A stretch of DNA of 64,000 nucleotides from Squalus acanthias (GCA_030390025.1 CM059432.1:121832001-121896000); one strand, 5' to 3'; counted from the first letter of the stretch, positions 1-12,363 are shown. A program made the numbers and translations. Notes: generated from the sequence alone by a model not told the origin.

Positions 1-162
1 TCATTATCACATTGCTGTTTGTGGGAGCTTGCTGTGCGCAAATTGGCTGCCGCGTTTCCCACATTACAACAGTGACTACACTTCAAAAAAGTACTTCTTT
101 GGCTGTAAAGTGCTTATGGTGGTCGTGACAGATGCTATATAAATACAAGTCTTTCTTTTTTT
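1..162 (+). mobile_element. Deu-domain SINE (SacSINE1/AmnSINE-like), 3' half
   Basis: attgctgtttgtgggagcttgctgtgcgcaaattggctgccgcg...gctatataaatacaagtctttc; same sequence as the copies at 40.6, 53.2 and 56.8 kb. Confidence 0.75.
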
Positions 163-1200
163 TTGTTCTACTCTATACCCAGGCAGACTGTTTACACATC
201 GAGTCTGAAAGCCTGTAAAAATTTTTATAGGCCAGTTCAGAAGATTCATTTAAGTAAATTAGCTCTTACTAACTTGCATCATAAAGCATAAGCTTTCCAT
301 TACACATTAACCATGCATGGGAACGAGAAGAGAATCACTGAAAGGTGGGCAAATATCGTGGAGGTTGCGACTTGCGTTATATTGTCCAGCATTTTCTTGA
401 CTGCAAAGATAAGGGGTCGATTAGTGATTCTTTCTGTGCTGACACACTAAAATGCTAATTCCACTCGAGGTATTTTCAATTTTGTCCTCACAAGGATTGC
501 CTACTTTTTGACTTGAGCATTAACGGGAGCAAGTCCATCAACATATGGGTCACTGAGATAGTTCTTGACATTGTGCGATAGTGCAAAACAGGTGTTAGTA
601 AGCCGGCAACCCCTTTTGCATCTCTCCTGAATTTTTTTCCCAGTTATGCGGTTATGCCGAGTCTCCGCCGTTTCCTATTTTTGCCGATTCTGTCAGTCTC
701 CCTCCAGAGTTACAGCGGGAGATTGGGAGAAATGCTGTAGAATTGTAGAGCCCGTGCTTCGACTTTTGCTGCAAGTAGTGACCAGACGTAATCGTGCTAA
801 CTTTAAGTTGTGACCAATACACAGTGAGTGGAGGAAATCATTCCTCATGGTGATCAATATCTGTCTGCAAACAGAAGTTTGCATGTATGAGGAAAGGTAA
901 TAAGGACTTTATTTCTCCCCACCTAGCCACCACAGAGATGTTATGCTATTACTGATATGATCCTCAATTGTGGTTTTATCCCTTGAGTGGGGAATGTAGG
1001 AGTAGAAATGTGTCTGAGCCCATTTCCAGGCCTAGTCACCTAGGTGTTTTTAGGAGACAAAATGTGTCAAGAGCCCTCATTATCATTAAATAGGCAGGCT
1101 GCCAGCCTAACTAGCACTATTGCTTGGCAGCTTGCTTAATGGGGGGGCATCCCAGATGTTAATTAAAGGCAACCTGCACCTCTTAAAGGAGAGGTGAACT

Positions 1201-1462
1201 TTGGCTGCAGGCAACCGGAAGGCAACTTCTGAACATGACAGGCCATGGAGAAGCTTCACGCCCGCAGCACTGGAGGTCTTGGAGGAGGAGGTCAGCAGGA
1301 GGAGGGACAACATTACTTTAGCAAGCACCTGCACCAACGCACTCCTGTCTGACCTCCCACATTCTACCCTACGTAAACTTGAGGTCATCCAAAACTTGGC
1401 TGCCCGTGTCCAAACACAAACAGAATGACAACACTTGATCAAAGGTATTAACATATCAGTGA
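1201..1462 (+). pseudogene. Harbinger Myb/SANT exon-1 remnant
   Basis: RPWRSFTPAALEVLEEEVSRRRD resembles APRFNDESLHALVDAVRGRRE at 9208; ends at a gtgagt donor. Confidence 0.45.
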
Positions 1463-2016
1463 GTAGATGCTTACATCAGATATCAATAAGTATGTAATCA
1501 ATGTCGCGGTGTGTCTATTGGATAGGATTGTCATAGAAATATGAATACATAAAGGGACCAAAGTGTGTTAAATGGGATTCTTTATAAGACATGGTATCCT
1601 GAGACTAATCTTCTGAAATGTCAACCCATTATTATCATAGAGTGATCTCAATAATTTTGAAGAATAATCCTTTTGGTAATGAGGAGGATTAATCCACTAA
1701 AATCCTTATCTTAATTATGGTCATCATTTTTGTTAGATCCAGTATATATATATTGAGCATGTCTTTCAGCCAGTTCACTGTATTTTGGGGAATTTTAGCC
1801 CCCAAGGATGGGTGGGTCGGAGCGGATGGGAAGGTATATATGGGAAAAATATCAATGGATCCCTAGACCTTCAGGGAATATAGAATACATCACTCTCCTC
1901 ATTAGACCAATTGGATCAAAGAGAATATATAAGGAGCTCGGAGCACAGGGTCAGATAACTAACAACATAAAAATACTCCAATCATCTCATTTTAATGACT
2001 AAAACCAAAAGTGTAC

Positions 2017-2433
2017 CTTACAATGACGGAAATGGGTACACACATTCGATAATAATGATTCGCTGCTTTGGAGAATTGTTTGAAGGTTATTTTCCTCTGT
2101 GAGGCAAGAGATTTTAATATAATCTTTCTTAATTACTGCTGAAAGGAAGTCAAATACTTTAATGAAAAGTGTAGTCATTTCATGCGCAGCATTTGGTTTT
2201 CGATGGATTTCTCTGTTCCTTCCTGTGACGCCATTCAATTTTATAATACCAGGCATCTTAAAAGAAAACTTCTGTGCTATCACCTGGCACATTGTCGTCA
2301 AAGAATTTATTTTCATTTCTCTGAGTGCACTTCATCTTTGATGTGGTCTCACTCACTGAGGTGTGGCATTTGTGAAGAAAGGAAACTGCAGTGCCAGTAC
2401 TTTTTAAGCTTTAGAAGGCATTCTGCGAGCTCA
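2017..2433 (-). other. candidate exon of an unidentified host gene or pseudogene
   Basis: Acceptor tatttcttacAG, phase-compatible with 2793-2978; ELAECLLKLKKYWHC... then TGA at 2349-2351; another frame is open 2316-2017 up to an AAG|GTACAC donor. Confidence 0.3.
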
Positions 2434-2792
2434 CTGTAAGAAATACTAAAGTGACATTAAACATTGGACAATAGACGTATTTTAATTGGCTCTAATTGAA
2501 TAGGGGATAGCTGAATAAGCACTACATCCCCAGTTCAATTAGTATTAATTCAGCACTGACAGCCCTTATTCACTTCTTTGTTTAAATTTTAAATAACACA
2601 GAAGCAGAAGAACATCAAAACAATATTACTCTTACTGGGGGGCCGGGGAGGGGGTGCATTTTGAAAGGAACAAACAGAAAGTCAGTGAGTTTTTGTGTCA
2701 GTTTATTCATAGGCAATCAATGGAAAAACAAAGAAGTCAACATAAAGAACAATAATTATAGCAAAAACACAGAGGTGATGCAATAATCTTAC

Positions 2793-2978
2793 TCTATATA
2801 GAACACTATTGCATTTTGTGAAATGTTTAGTTCCCTGTAGCTCTTTATCTGAAAGTCCTTCACAGCCGCCTCTAATGTTAACCATTCAGTTGTCAACATT
2901 GGCTGGTCAATGAAGTAACTATTGGTTTGACACAGAGGAGAAGAATATTCTCTACGCAGCAACCATGACTGATCATCC
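2793..2978 (-). other. candidate coding exon (61 open codons)
   Basis: ttgtAG|g DDQSWLLRREYSSPLC...SQNAIVFYI ga|GTAAGA; product not recognised. Confidence 0.35.
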
Positions 2979-3039
2979 CTACAAATATTGTTCAGATTAA
3001 TTTGATAGCCTGCAATTGAATCTGAAACTGAAACAACAA

Positions 3040-3310
3040 TATTATTGAGTTAGATAAGAACATGAGGGAGAAAGGAATAGAAGGATACGCTGATATGTTT
3101 AGATGAAGTAGGGTAGGAGCAGGCTCATGTGGAGCATAAACATCAGCAGAGACCAGTTGGGCTGAATGGCCTGTATCAGTGAAAAATGAAAAAAAGAAAG
3201 ACTTGTAGTTATATAGCACCTTTCACGACCACCGGACGCCTTAAAGCGCTTTACAGCCAATGAAGTACTGTTTAAAGAACTGTAAATATTATGTAATTCT
3301 ATGTAATTAT
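3040..3310 (+). mobile_element. CR1 LINE 3' end with an inserted Deu-SINE tail fragment
   Basis: gagttagataag...ttgggctgaatggcctg...tatgtaattctatgta tail; antisense SINE tail at about 3185-3270. Confidence 0.5.
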
Positions 3311-3544
3311 TGCTTTAGGTGTACTGAGAGTTGTGGAGTGATTGTGGTGTAAGTTTATAGTTCAGGGCTAAAGTGAAGGCAAGAAAATACGAACTATGTC
3401 CGGATTTATTTAACCCCTTTCAAGTTATAGGTTCACAAATTTACATATATATAAACTCACATTCAATTATAAGTCCAGTAAGCTTGATTTATTTTTCACA
3501 CTGAAAGCTAGAATTAGTTCTATTCCTTTGGGGGGGGTGGGGGG

Positions 3545-3800
3545 AGACTGACTAGTTCAGTTAGTCACCACCTGTGGCATGTAGGTTTGAATCCAGCCAG
3601 ACCGACGGCATGAGTTTCCCATCTGTGCTGTCTGTAAGGAATCTACATGCAATGTGATTGGGACAATTTATCCAGTTTCCAGTGATTAATGACTTTTGCA
3701 GTGGAGAGGGTGGTGTTGAAAGATTGTGACTGAGGTGCATTGTTGGGGCAGAGTAGAGGAAGCCTTACTCTTAGCTGGGTGTGCTACTCCTGATCTTCGG
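3545..3800 (+). mobile_element. old LF-SINE-like element
   Basis: B-box-like ggtttgaatcc; ccagtttccagtg and gaggtgcattgttggggcag...ggaagc resemble LF-SINE as I recall it. Confidence 0.35.
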
Positions 3801-4605
3801 ATCACACCACCTGCATCAATGATATCCAGTTCATTACACTATGGTAATAGAGAGATCTGATTAACAGAATCATTCAGCTTCTGAATCATTTTGTATTTCA
3901 TGGGCATTATGAAGAGTAAAATCAACTGCAGACAGAAGGATACAAAAACCTTGCATGGGAAGTAAGCAGTTTTGGAAAAAAAACAAGGCTCGATTTTGAT
4001 AGCCCTGAGGAGGCGTCTTTCGAGGTGGGTCAGCAGCGAAAATCGGAAAAAACGGCTTCAGACTACCAACCCGCCTCCATTCGCCCCCACGCGATTTTCG
4101 TGAGTGTCGGGTCAGCCGCTCCCAAACTGACCCGCCTGGAACCGGTGGGACAGGTAGTTAAGGCAGGTAACAGCCTGTTAACTGCCTTGCTAATCCTATT
4201 TTGATACTGGTTTCCCATTTCCGTGCTTCTAGCTCCTGTTTCCCATCTTGTCAGAAACAGGCCCGCTGCAAGGAGACGAGTTGCTGGAGGACACGATTTG
4301 TAGTCATTGGTGCAGCACTTTAAAAGCGCTCCTGAAACATGGCTGACATTCAAATGCAACAACTTTGTTGTTGGAGGTTTGGGATAAGATTTTGCACATC
4401 TACTGACCTTGTGACTGTTCAAGCTGACACCCATCTGCAGTGTGACCTGATTGGAATAATTTCAGGCCACTTCGACTGTGCGCTTGCAAGCTTCTTGCCT
4501 CAAATGAAATCTATAGCAACGGGATGGAAACCATTTATGTCCTCACATCCTGGTCGTCATAATCGGAGGAGTAGCAGCTGCGTGGCTCAGCACAGATCTT
4601 CCTCG

Positions 4606-4701
4606 GAAGATGAGGAGGACGAGGAAGAAGAGGAAGAAGAAGAGGAGGAGGATGAGGAAGAAGAGGAGGAAGAAGAAGAGGAGGAGGAGGAGGAGGAGGA
4701 G
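4606..4701 (+). repeat. (GAR)n repeat, expanded acidic tail of the Harbinger transposase
   Basis: Poly-Glu/Asp codons preceded by gtggctca...cctc..gatgagga, as at 43091-43155. Confidence 0.8.
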
Positions 4702-4770
4702 GCGTGCCTTGCGTGCCCTGTTGTGACCATTGCAGCATCCCTCCAGGTCACTGCTGCCCATCAGGGAATG

Positions 4771-6915
4771 GTAAGATAGTGATAATGTCACTGGGCTAGT
4801 AATCCAGAGGCCTGGACTAATGATCCAGAGATGCATTTCAAATCCCACCACGTCAGCTGGGGAATTTAAATTCAGTTAATTAAATAAATCTGGAATAAAA
4901 AGCTAGTATCAGTAATGGTAACCATGAAACTATCGATTGTCATAAAAACCCATCTGGTTCACTAATGTCCTTTAGGGAAGGAAATCTGCCGTCCTTACCT
5001 GGTCTGGCCTATATGTGACTCCAGACCCACAGCAATGTGGTTGACTCTAATTGCCCTCTGAAATGGCCTAGCAAGCCATTCAGTTGTAACAAACCGCTAT
5101 GAAACACAATAATAAGAATGAAACTGAACATCGACCTCGGCACCGGCTACGGACGCGACAACGGCACACCTAGCCCAGTCGACCCTGCAAAGTCCTCCTC
5201 ATCATCATTTCGGGACTTGTGCCAAAATTGGGAGAGCTGTCCCACAGACTAGTCAAGCAACAGCATGACATAGTCATACTCACAGAATCATACCTTTCAG
5301 CCAATGACCCAAACTCCTCCATCACCATCCCTGGCTATGTCCTGTCCCACCGGCAGGACAGACTCACCAGGGGTGGCGGCACAGTGGTCTACAGTTGGGA
5401 AGGAGTGGCCCTGGGAGTCTTCAACATTGACACTGGCCCCCATGAAGTCTCATGGCTTCAGGTCAAGCATGGGCAAGGAAACCTCCTGCTGATTACCACC
5501 TACTGCCCTCCCACAGCTGATGAATCAGTACTCCATGTTGATCACCACTTGGAAGAAGCACTGAGAGTAGCAAGGGCACAGAATGTACTCTAGGTGGGGG
5601 ACCTCAATGTCCATCACCAAGAGTGGCTCGGTAGCACCACTACTGACTGAGCTGGCCGGAAGGACATAGCTGCCAATCTGGGCCTGCGACAGGTGGCGAG
5701 AGAAACAACATGAGGGAAAAACCTACTTGACCTCGTCCTCACCAATCTACCTTGTCGCAGATGCATCTGTCCATGAGAGTATCTGTAGCAGTGACCACCG
5801 CACCGTCATTGTGGAGAAGAAGTTCGGTCTTCACACTGAGGACACCCTCCATCGTGTTGTGTGGCACTACCACCGTGCTAAATGGGATAGATTCAGAACA
5901 GATCTAGCAGCTCAAAACTGGGCATCCATGAGGCGCTGTGGGCCATCAGCAGCAGACGAATTGTATTTCACCACAATCTGTGACCTCATGGCCCGGTATA
6001 TCCCTCACTCTACCATTACCATCAAGTCAGGGGACCAACCCTGGTTCAATAAGGAGTGTAGAAGAGCATGTCAGGAGCAGCACCAGGCGTGCCTAAAAAT
6101 GAGGTGCTAACCTGGGGAAGCTGCAACACAGGACTACATGCTTGCTAAAAAGTGGAAGCAGCATGCTATAGACAGGGCTAAGCGATCCCACAATCAACGG
6201 ATCAGATCAAAGCTCTGCAGTCCTGCCACATCCAGTCATGAATGGTGGTGGACCATTAAACAACTAACAGGAGGAGGAGGCTCCATGAATAGCCCCATCC
6301 TCAATGATGGTGGAACCCAGCACGTGAGTGCAAAAGACAAGGCTGAAGAGTTTGCAACCATCTTCAGCCAGAAGTGCCAAGTGGATGATCCATATCAGCC
6401 TACTCCTGAGGTTCCCACCATCACAGAAGCCAGTCCTCAGCCAATTCAATTCACTCGACGTGATATCAAGAATCAAAGCAGCCCGCTTGATTGGTACCCC
6501 ATCTACCACCTGAAACATTCACTCCCTCCACCACCGGAGTACCGTGGCTGCAGTGTGTACCATCTACAACTGCAGCAACTCACCAAGGCTTCTTCAGCAG
6601 CACCTCCCAAATCCGTGACCTCTTCCACCTAGAAGGACAAGGGCAGCAGGCGCATTGGAACATCACCGCCTCCAAGTTCCCCTCCAAGTCACACACCATC
6701 CTGACTTGGAAGTATATCGCCGATCCTTCATCATCGCTGGGTCATAATCCTGGAACTCCCTACCTAATATCACTGTGGGAGTACCTTCACCACACGGACT
6801 GCAGCGGTTCAAGAAGGCGGCTCACCACCACCTTCTCAAGGCAATTAGGTTTGGGCAATAAATGCTGGCCTTGCCAGTGACGCCCACATCTCAAAAACGA
6901 ATAATAAATAAAAAG
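4771..6915 (+). mobile_element. LINE (CR1-group-like) with tRNA-like SINE head, APE endonuclease region and RT internally deleted
   Basis: EN motifs DIVILTESYL, RGGG, (L)GDLN, SDH; deletion junction near 6472; A-rich tail; TSD cagggaatg (4762-4770) / cagggtatg (6916-6924). Confidence 0.85.
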
Positions 6916-7242
6916 CAGGGTATGCACACTGCCATGCCACATTCACATAAGCTTACTCTTCAACCATAGGTGGCTACCATATGGCTCTCTAATTGTAGGC
7001 AACCTTCCTCCAACATCATACATCATGTCTGCTATAACCCGTTCTTTCCTATCACTTTCACCATCAGCATTACAAATGCAAGTTGCCCTGAGCCCTCAAT
7101 GCGCATTTGTAATTTCCCAGAACACATAGGCCACACATTCAACTGTTTGCCCTCATTTTTCTTTACGACAGTGACAAAAGGATCACAAAGCAAGTACAAG
7201 CAGAAAAATAATGACAAAACATCCACGTGAGTCCGCTTGTGA

Positions 7243-9208
7243 CTATATGTGCTTTATCTTTCTCTTATGCGTGCTTCTACATAGTGCTACCCCTGTGGCT
7301 TCAGCAGATGTAGAGATACCTTGCTGACTAGGATGCTGCACCTGCTTTGATGCCTTTGGCGGGCCTCCTCTGGGTTTGGGAGCCTGGGTGGGGTCTGCAA
7401 CAGTCTGCTCTTCCTGCGGCTGTGCAGGGGCTGAAACGGCCATCTCAGTTGCCTCCGCAAAGTAGGTCCCTGACTGAGGGCTCCGCAGTGGCATGGTCGT
7501 GTGAGCGCTTGGAGAGGAGCCCACACTTCCTTGTAGCCTGCCACCAACATCCCTCTCATGGGTCAGCCGCACCTCAGTGCTGGCAAGAGGCTGGATAGCA
7601 CCTTGCTGCACATCAGGGGGGCCATGAGGACCCATATCTGCACTGGCAGTCCCCATCACAAAGACGTCCATGAAGCTCTGGTCTCTCTGCTCAATAGCTG
7701 CCCATCACTCCTCCAGAGATGACATTCTATTTTGAACAGTCACCATGTTTTCCTGACTCTGGCGACTTATTTCCTCCATGGAGGTTGCCATCCTATCCAT
7801 GGAGGTTGCCATCCTATCCATGGAGGTTTCCATCCTATCCATGGAGGTTTCCATCCTATCCATGGAGGTTTCCATCCTATCCATGGTGGTGCGTTCATGC
7901 GCCATTGCCTCCACCAAGGCAGTGCTGATGTTAGAGATGGACTCCTCCATTCTCTCCACACTTGCACTTACCCTGGAGGCAAACCCTTCCAGAGCCTCCT
8001 GCACTTGTTCCTGGAGTTCCAGCAATGCTCTCTTTCTGGATGGCCCCAGAGGCACAGCATCTGCATGCAGCTCAGCAGAGCTAGGAGATTCCTGTGACCG
8101 CTGATGAGGATTCTCCACTGCTGTTGCTGGCTCCACCATCTGCTGATGCTCACTTGTGAGCTGTGATACATCAGGTGACAACACTACTCTAACTCGCGAG
8201 GGCCCCACCGAGGTGTGCATATCTGTGCTGGTGCTGGGTGTGCTGAGTCCTGGTGACGCTGCTCCCTCAGAGGCTTTAGGTTCCTCTGAGGAGTCGTCCA
8301 GCTGTTCATCCTGGACAGTGGGGAGGGAGGTGCTCGATGGTCCTGTGGGAGAGTAAAGGCATGAGTTAGACATCTGATATTGATGTAGCAGACACATCCT
8401 TTTGTGCAGCTGATGCAAAGCCATTCTCTATGAACATCATATGCCATTGCAGTCAATCACTAAATGTCAATGAGAGGGATGAAACTCTATTCTGTCACCA
8501 GCTTTGTCTAGTGCGCCCTTCTCTCCATCGCCCACTTCCAGCTCCTCGCCACCTCCGACAATTTCGTGCGCAGCCTCCTCAGCACTTGACAATGTTGCAA
8601 AGGTGTACTGCCTCCTGTGTGTGCTCTCTCCCTCTTATTGTGGGCTATCTTTTCCTGCAAGGAAGGACAGAAGTGGAGTTTCAACCACAGTGATGGAGTG
8701 AGTGTGAAGAATCCCTAACATAAGGGAGACCAAGATGGAGTGAGGTGCCGAGAGGAAGCTAGCTCCCTGTGCGTTGTTAGTTGTTGTCAATGCATAACAG
8801 TGAGAGCGAGTCTAAGGGGTGCATAGGCAGGATGGTGAAGTGATTCAGTGCAGAGAGAGAGATGGATAGGTAAGGATGCAAGGGAAGTAAGAGTAAGGTG
8901 GTATGTGGAGGTGCTGGTGATGAGAAGAGAATGGAAGCAGATTGAAGGTAAGTGTGATGGGATACTCACTTTTGATGATCGCAGAAGATCATTAAACTGT
9001 TTCCTTCACTGGATCCATGTACATGAACACACAGACCTAGCGCTGGCCTCCTCAGCAATGCGCAGCCAGGCTGCCTTGGTCTGCTGAGGAGGCTTCCTCC
9101 GGCCATCCGAGGGAAGAGAATCTCCCTGCGCCCTCTGACAGCATCAACAAGAGCGTGGAGGGACTCATCATTGAAGCGTGGAGCTGCCTTGCCTCTGGAA
9201 GCACTCAT
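7243..9208 (-). pseudogene. Harbinger Myb/SANT-like DNA-binding gene (NAIF1/MSANTD-type), 3 exons, disrupted
   Basis: Exons 9208-8970, 8654-8499 and 8342-7243 with GT-AG introns; APRFNDESL, W..IA, R..FNDL, KIAHNKRER.HTGG; frameshift and stops. Confidence 0.8.
7777..7886 (-). repeat. 21-bp coding tandem repeat x5 (MDRM[E/A]TS heptads)
   Basis: catggaggtt(g/t)ccatcctatc repeated five times, in frame. Confidence 0.9.
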
Positions 9209-10036
9209 TGTAGTTGTCACAAATTCACAGACCATCAGAATCCAGAACACAAAGGCTGAGGCTGAAGGGGACCATTAAAAGCAGCTGCAATTATGACGTC
9301 AGCAGAGGCGGCCAACAGACCCGATCGCAGTCATTGGCCCGGCCAGCGCGCTCCAATGAAGTTAACAAGGTCATTCAATTAAAATCGGAAATCCACAGCT
9401 GATCCAGCCAGAAGCGGCTCCGAAACCCGCCCACCACGCAACCCGACTCCAAGCTGCCTCGTTAATTAAAATTGCGGCCTTATAAATAGTTAAAGCTAGT
9501 ACCATTAAAACGAGGCTATCTAATAATTAGCAGACAGCAGGTTCAGTGTGATTCTATCAATTACAGTATTCATTCAATGCAGAGCTTCCCAAACTTGGGG
9601 GTGGGTAACAGGATATGGGGGAGGGGGAGGGGCAGAGGGAGCACAGGATGGCTGATATGGAGAGCCAGAGGGAGTGCATCAAAAGTCTTAATTTCTTAAA
9701 TTTTAAAGCAACTGAGCAAATTTAAGTTTAAATTTAAAGAAAACGTGTTCACGGATGCAGCTTTACATGGCGTGGAATAAATGAATTAAGGTTGAATTAC
9801 CACTGATTTCTAGAAGTGGAAGTTTGATCAATCAGAATTGCTTCTGGTGTCCTGTAATCAATTGCCCCAGAAGCAGCTCAGTTTGGTGTTCAGAAGAGTG
9901 AAAAAGATTTGGAGGGAAGGGAGTGATCAGGAGGGGGCCGAGCAGGAGCTGATATTTGTCTTCGGCATTGCAGTGGAGACAGAAGGAGCACTTCAGCTCC
10001 TCATTCAGGTAGATATTTTATAACAAATTTCCGGCC

Positions 10037-10290
10037 CAATGAGGAAGGAAGCATTGCTGGATCTGGTTCTGGGGAATGAGGTGGGTCAAGTGGAGCAAGT
10101 GTCAGTAGGGAAACATTTAGGGAACAGTGATCATAGTATCATAAGGTTTAGATTAGCTATAGAAAAGGACAGGGAGCAATCTAGAGTCAAAATACTTAAT
10201 TGGAGGAAGGCAAATTTCAGTGGGTTGAGAACGGATCTGGCCCGGGTAAATTAAAATCAAAGATTGGCAGGCAAAACTGTTTTTGTGGGC
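10037..10290 (+). mobile_element. CR1 ORF2 fragment
   Basis: ALLDLVLGNE...HLGNSDH...LNWRKANF. Confidence 0.8.
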
Positions 10291-11198
10291 TTTTGAGCAG
10301 AGACTTGTTCAAATCTGTGCCTGATCCAGCACGGTGCCCTCTACAGGGCATCTGTGGCATCTGTGAGTAGAACAAGAAACAGCGAGGCTCGTCAACCAAT
10401 CTGAATGAAGAATCCTCACTGAGACACCAGGAAATATAAAGCAGAAAGTATTAATTAGATTTAAATCATGTACAGAAAGCAGAATGAAGATTCGGAAAGA
10501 CAGATGGAATAAAGAGAGAGAGCGATAAAAGAGCCAGAAAAAATAAAATGTTTTTTTAAATCTCCGACACTAATTAACTTCTGAAGGAGTGAGACTCCAC
10601 ACATGAAAAATTAAATTTTCAGGACCAGAGAGTTTGTTTGTTAAAAATTATCAATTATCACGCTGTTAAAAGTTCACTTACTCCTGAATACACCAGCCCT
10701 AACTTTTTATGGCATCTTTACTGGGGCAGTAGCAGGTAAGCACCCCAAGTTCACACCATTGCATGTCTTTCAGTGCCAAGTCTATCGGCGAGGATTGTTA
10801 CAGCGAACCCTGTGGAGGAGCGGCGTATCACTGACAGCAACTTCCAGATTTCAGCGTTAAAACGCACATGCGCAGACGGCGGAAGTGGCTGTCTGATTTT
10901 CTCCATAATAACGGTGAGCGCTGATAGCCTCACCGTTATTCTCCACGCAAAATCTGGGCCAATGTTTTCCTGAGTGCAGCCAGCCTGAAATGTAGACACC
11001 TCTTTTTCTGCCTTCACGAATATGGCACATGGTGCACTTCCGGCAGGGAATGTGCAGGCGAAAAACCACACGCCATATTGGATGCTTTGGCCTGTAAAAC
11101 GGGCGTGGCATCAACCAATTTCTAGTCTCAAACATCCTGCCCTGAAAGATAAACCACAGGATGTTTTCAAATGAAAGTTCTTTCAACTGAAAGGACAG

Positions 11199-11727
11199 AT
11201 GAAAGTAATCGAAGAACCCAGTGCTATCCCTGCCAATGCACTTGAAGTGTCCTACGCTGTCTCATATCAAATAGCAAGAAGTGAAAAGTCTCATACAATT
11301 GGTGAAAGTCTTGAACTGCCAGCGGCGATTGAAATGACATCGACAGTGTGTGGAAGAAAGGTTGCTGACCAGCTAAGTCTCATCCCACTATCCAACATAG
11401 TTAGCCGCAAAATGTTGATATGCCAGCAGACATCAAGGAGCAGCTAATAAAAGCAATGAGGCAAAACCCTTTTCTCACTCTACAAATTGACAAGAGTACT
11501 GAGTGCGCCAATGCAGAACAAATCATAGTTTTCATTTGATACATCAACTCATCTGAGATCAAAGTGAACTTTTGATTTTGCCATTCTGCCCCAACGAGAA
11601 CTACTGCTGAAGAGTTGTTCAAAGTTTTCGATCAGTACACAACCGCTAAAAACATCGAGTGGAATCATTGTGTCGAGATTTGGATGGATGGGAAAAAAGT
11701 CACGACTGGAAGCAATAGTGGACTTGC
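11199..11727 (+). pseudogene. Buster/Charlie (ZBED5/SCAND3-like) hAT transposase remnant
   Basis: ALEVSYAVSYQIARSEKSHTIGESL.LPAA...IPLSN; LQIDKST; frameshifted. Confidence 0.8.
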
Positions 11728-12183
11728 TAGGTTTACCAGAATAATACCCGGACTCCAAGGGTTAAATTACGAGGAGAGATTACACAAATTAGGATTTTAT
11801 TCCCTGGAATTTAGAAGGTTAAGGGGTGATTTGATCAAATTTTTCAAGATATTAAGGGGAACAAATAGGGTAGATAGAGAGAAACTATTTCCGCTGGTTG
11901 GGGATTCTAGGACTAGGGGGCATAGTCTAAAAATTAGAGCCAGACCTTTCAGGAGTGAAGTTAGGAAACACTTCTACACACAAAGTTTGGAACTCTCTTC
12001 CGCAAACGACAATTGATCCTAGATCAGTTGTTAATTTTAAATCTGAGATTGATAGATTTTTGTTAACCAAAGGTATTAAGGGATATCGGGCAAAGGCGGG
12101 TATATGGAGTTAGGTCGCAGATTAGCCATGAACTCATTGAATGACGGAACAGACTGGAAGGGCTAAATGGCCTCTTGTTCCAG
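11728..12183 (+). mobile_element. CR1 LINE 3' fragment
   Basis: RFTRIIPGLQGLNYEERL..LG.YSLE.RRLRGDLI; TRGHSLKI; CR1 3' UTR. Confidence 0.85.
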
Positions 12184-12194
12184 TTAAAAATACT

Positions 12195-12363
12195 GGCCTA
12201 GAAATTCATCTCGGGCGGTATTGGATTGGCCGCCCTTTAAACGTAGCGCCTGACATTTGGTTCCATTGACTGGTATGGAACTGAATATCAGATGCTGTGT
12301 ATAACAGGTGGTCGAGCCGATACCGCCCGTTTTCCGCCACAGCCCGAGTTGAATTTCTCGGCT
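12195..12363. mobile_element. short hairpin MITE
   Basis: Terminal IR gaaattcatctcgggc / gcccgagttgaatttc; internal palindrome around ttccattgactggtatggaa. Confidence 0.55.

Larger units (their letters stand above)
3987..9479. mobile_element. non-autonomous PIF/Harbinger element (transposase deleted, Myb gene retained, LINE inserted)
   Basis: Imperfect TIRs ggctcgatttt / aaaattgcggcc; colinear with the 41512-45223 element; Myb gene on the - strand; only the acidic transposase tail remains. Confidence 0.75.

Noticed and set aside
4339..4851. Poly-E / poly-P / poly-L ORFs
   Set aside because: Products of the (GAR)n transposase-tail repeat.
11615..12016. hAT-CR1 fusion ORF
   Set aside because: Chance in-frame junction at a 5'-truncated CR1 insertion (~11728).
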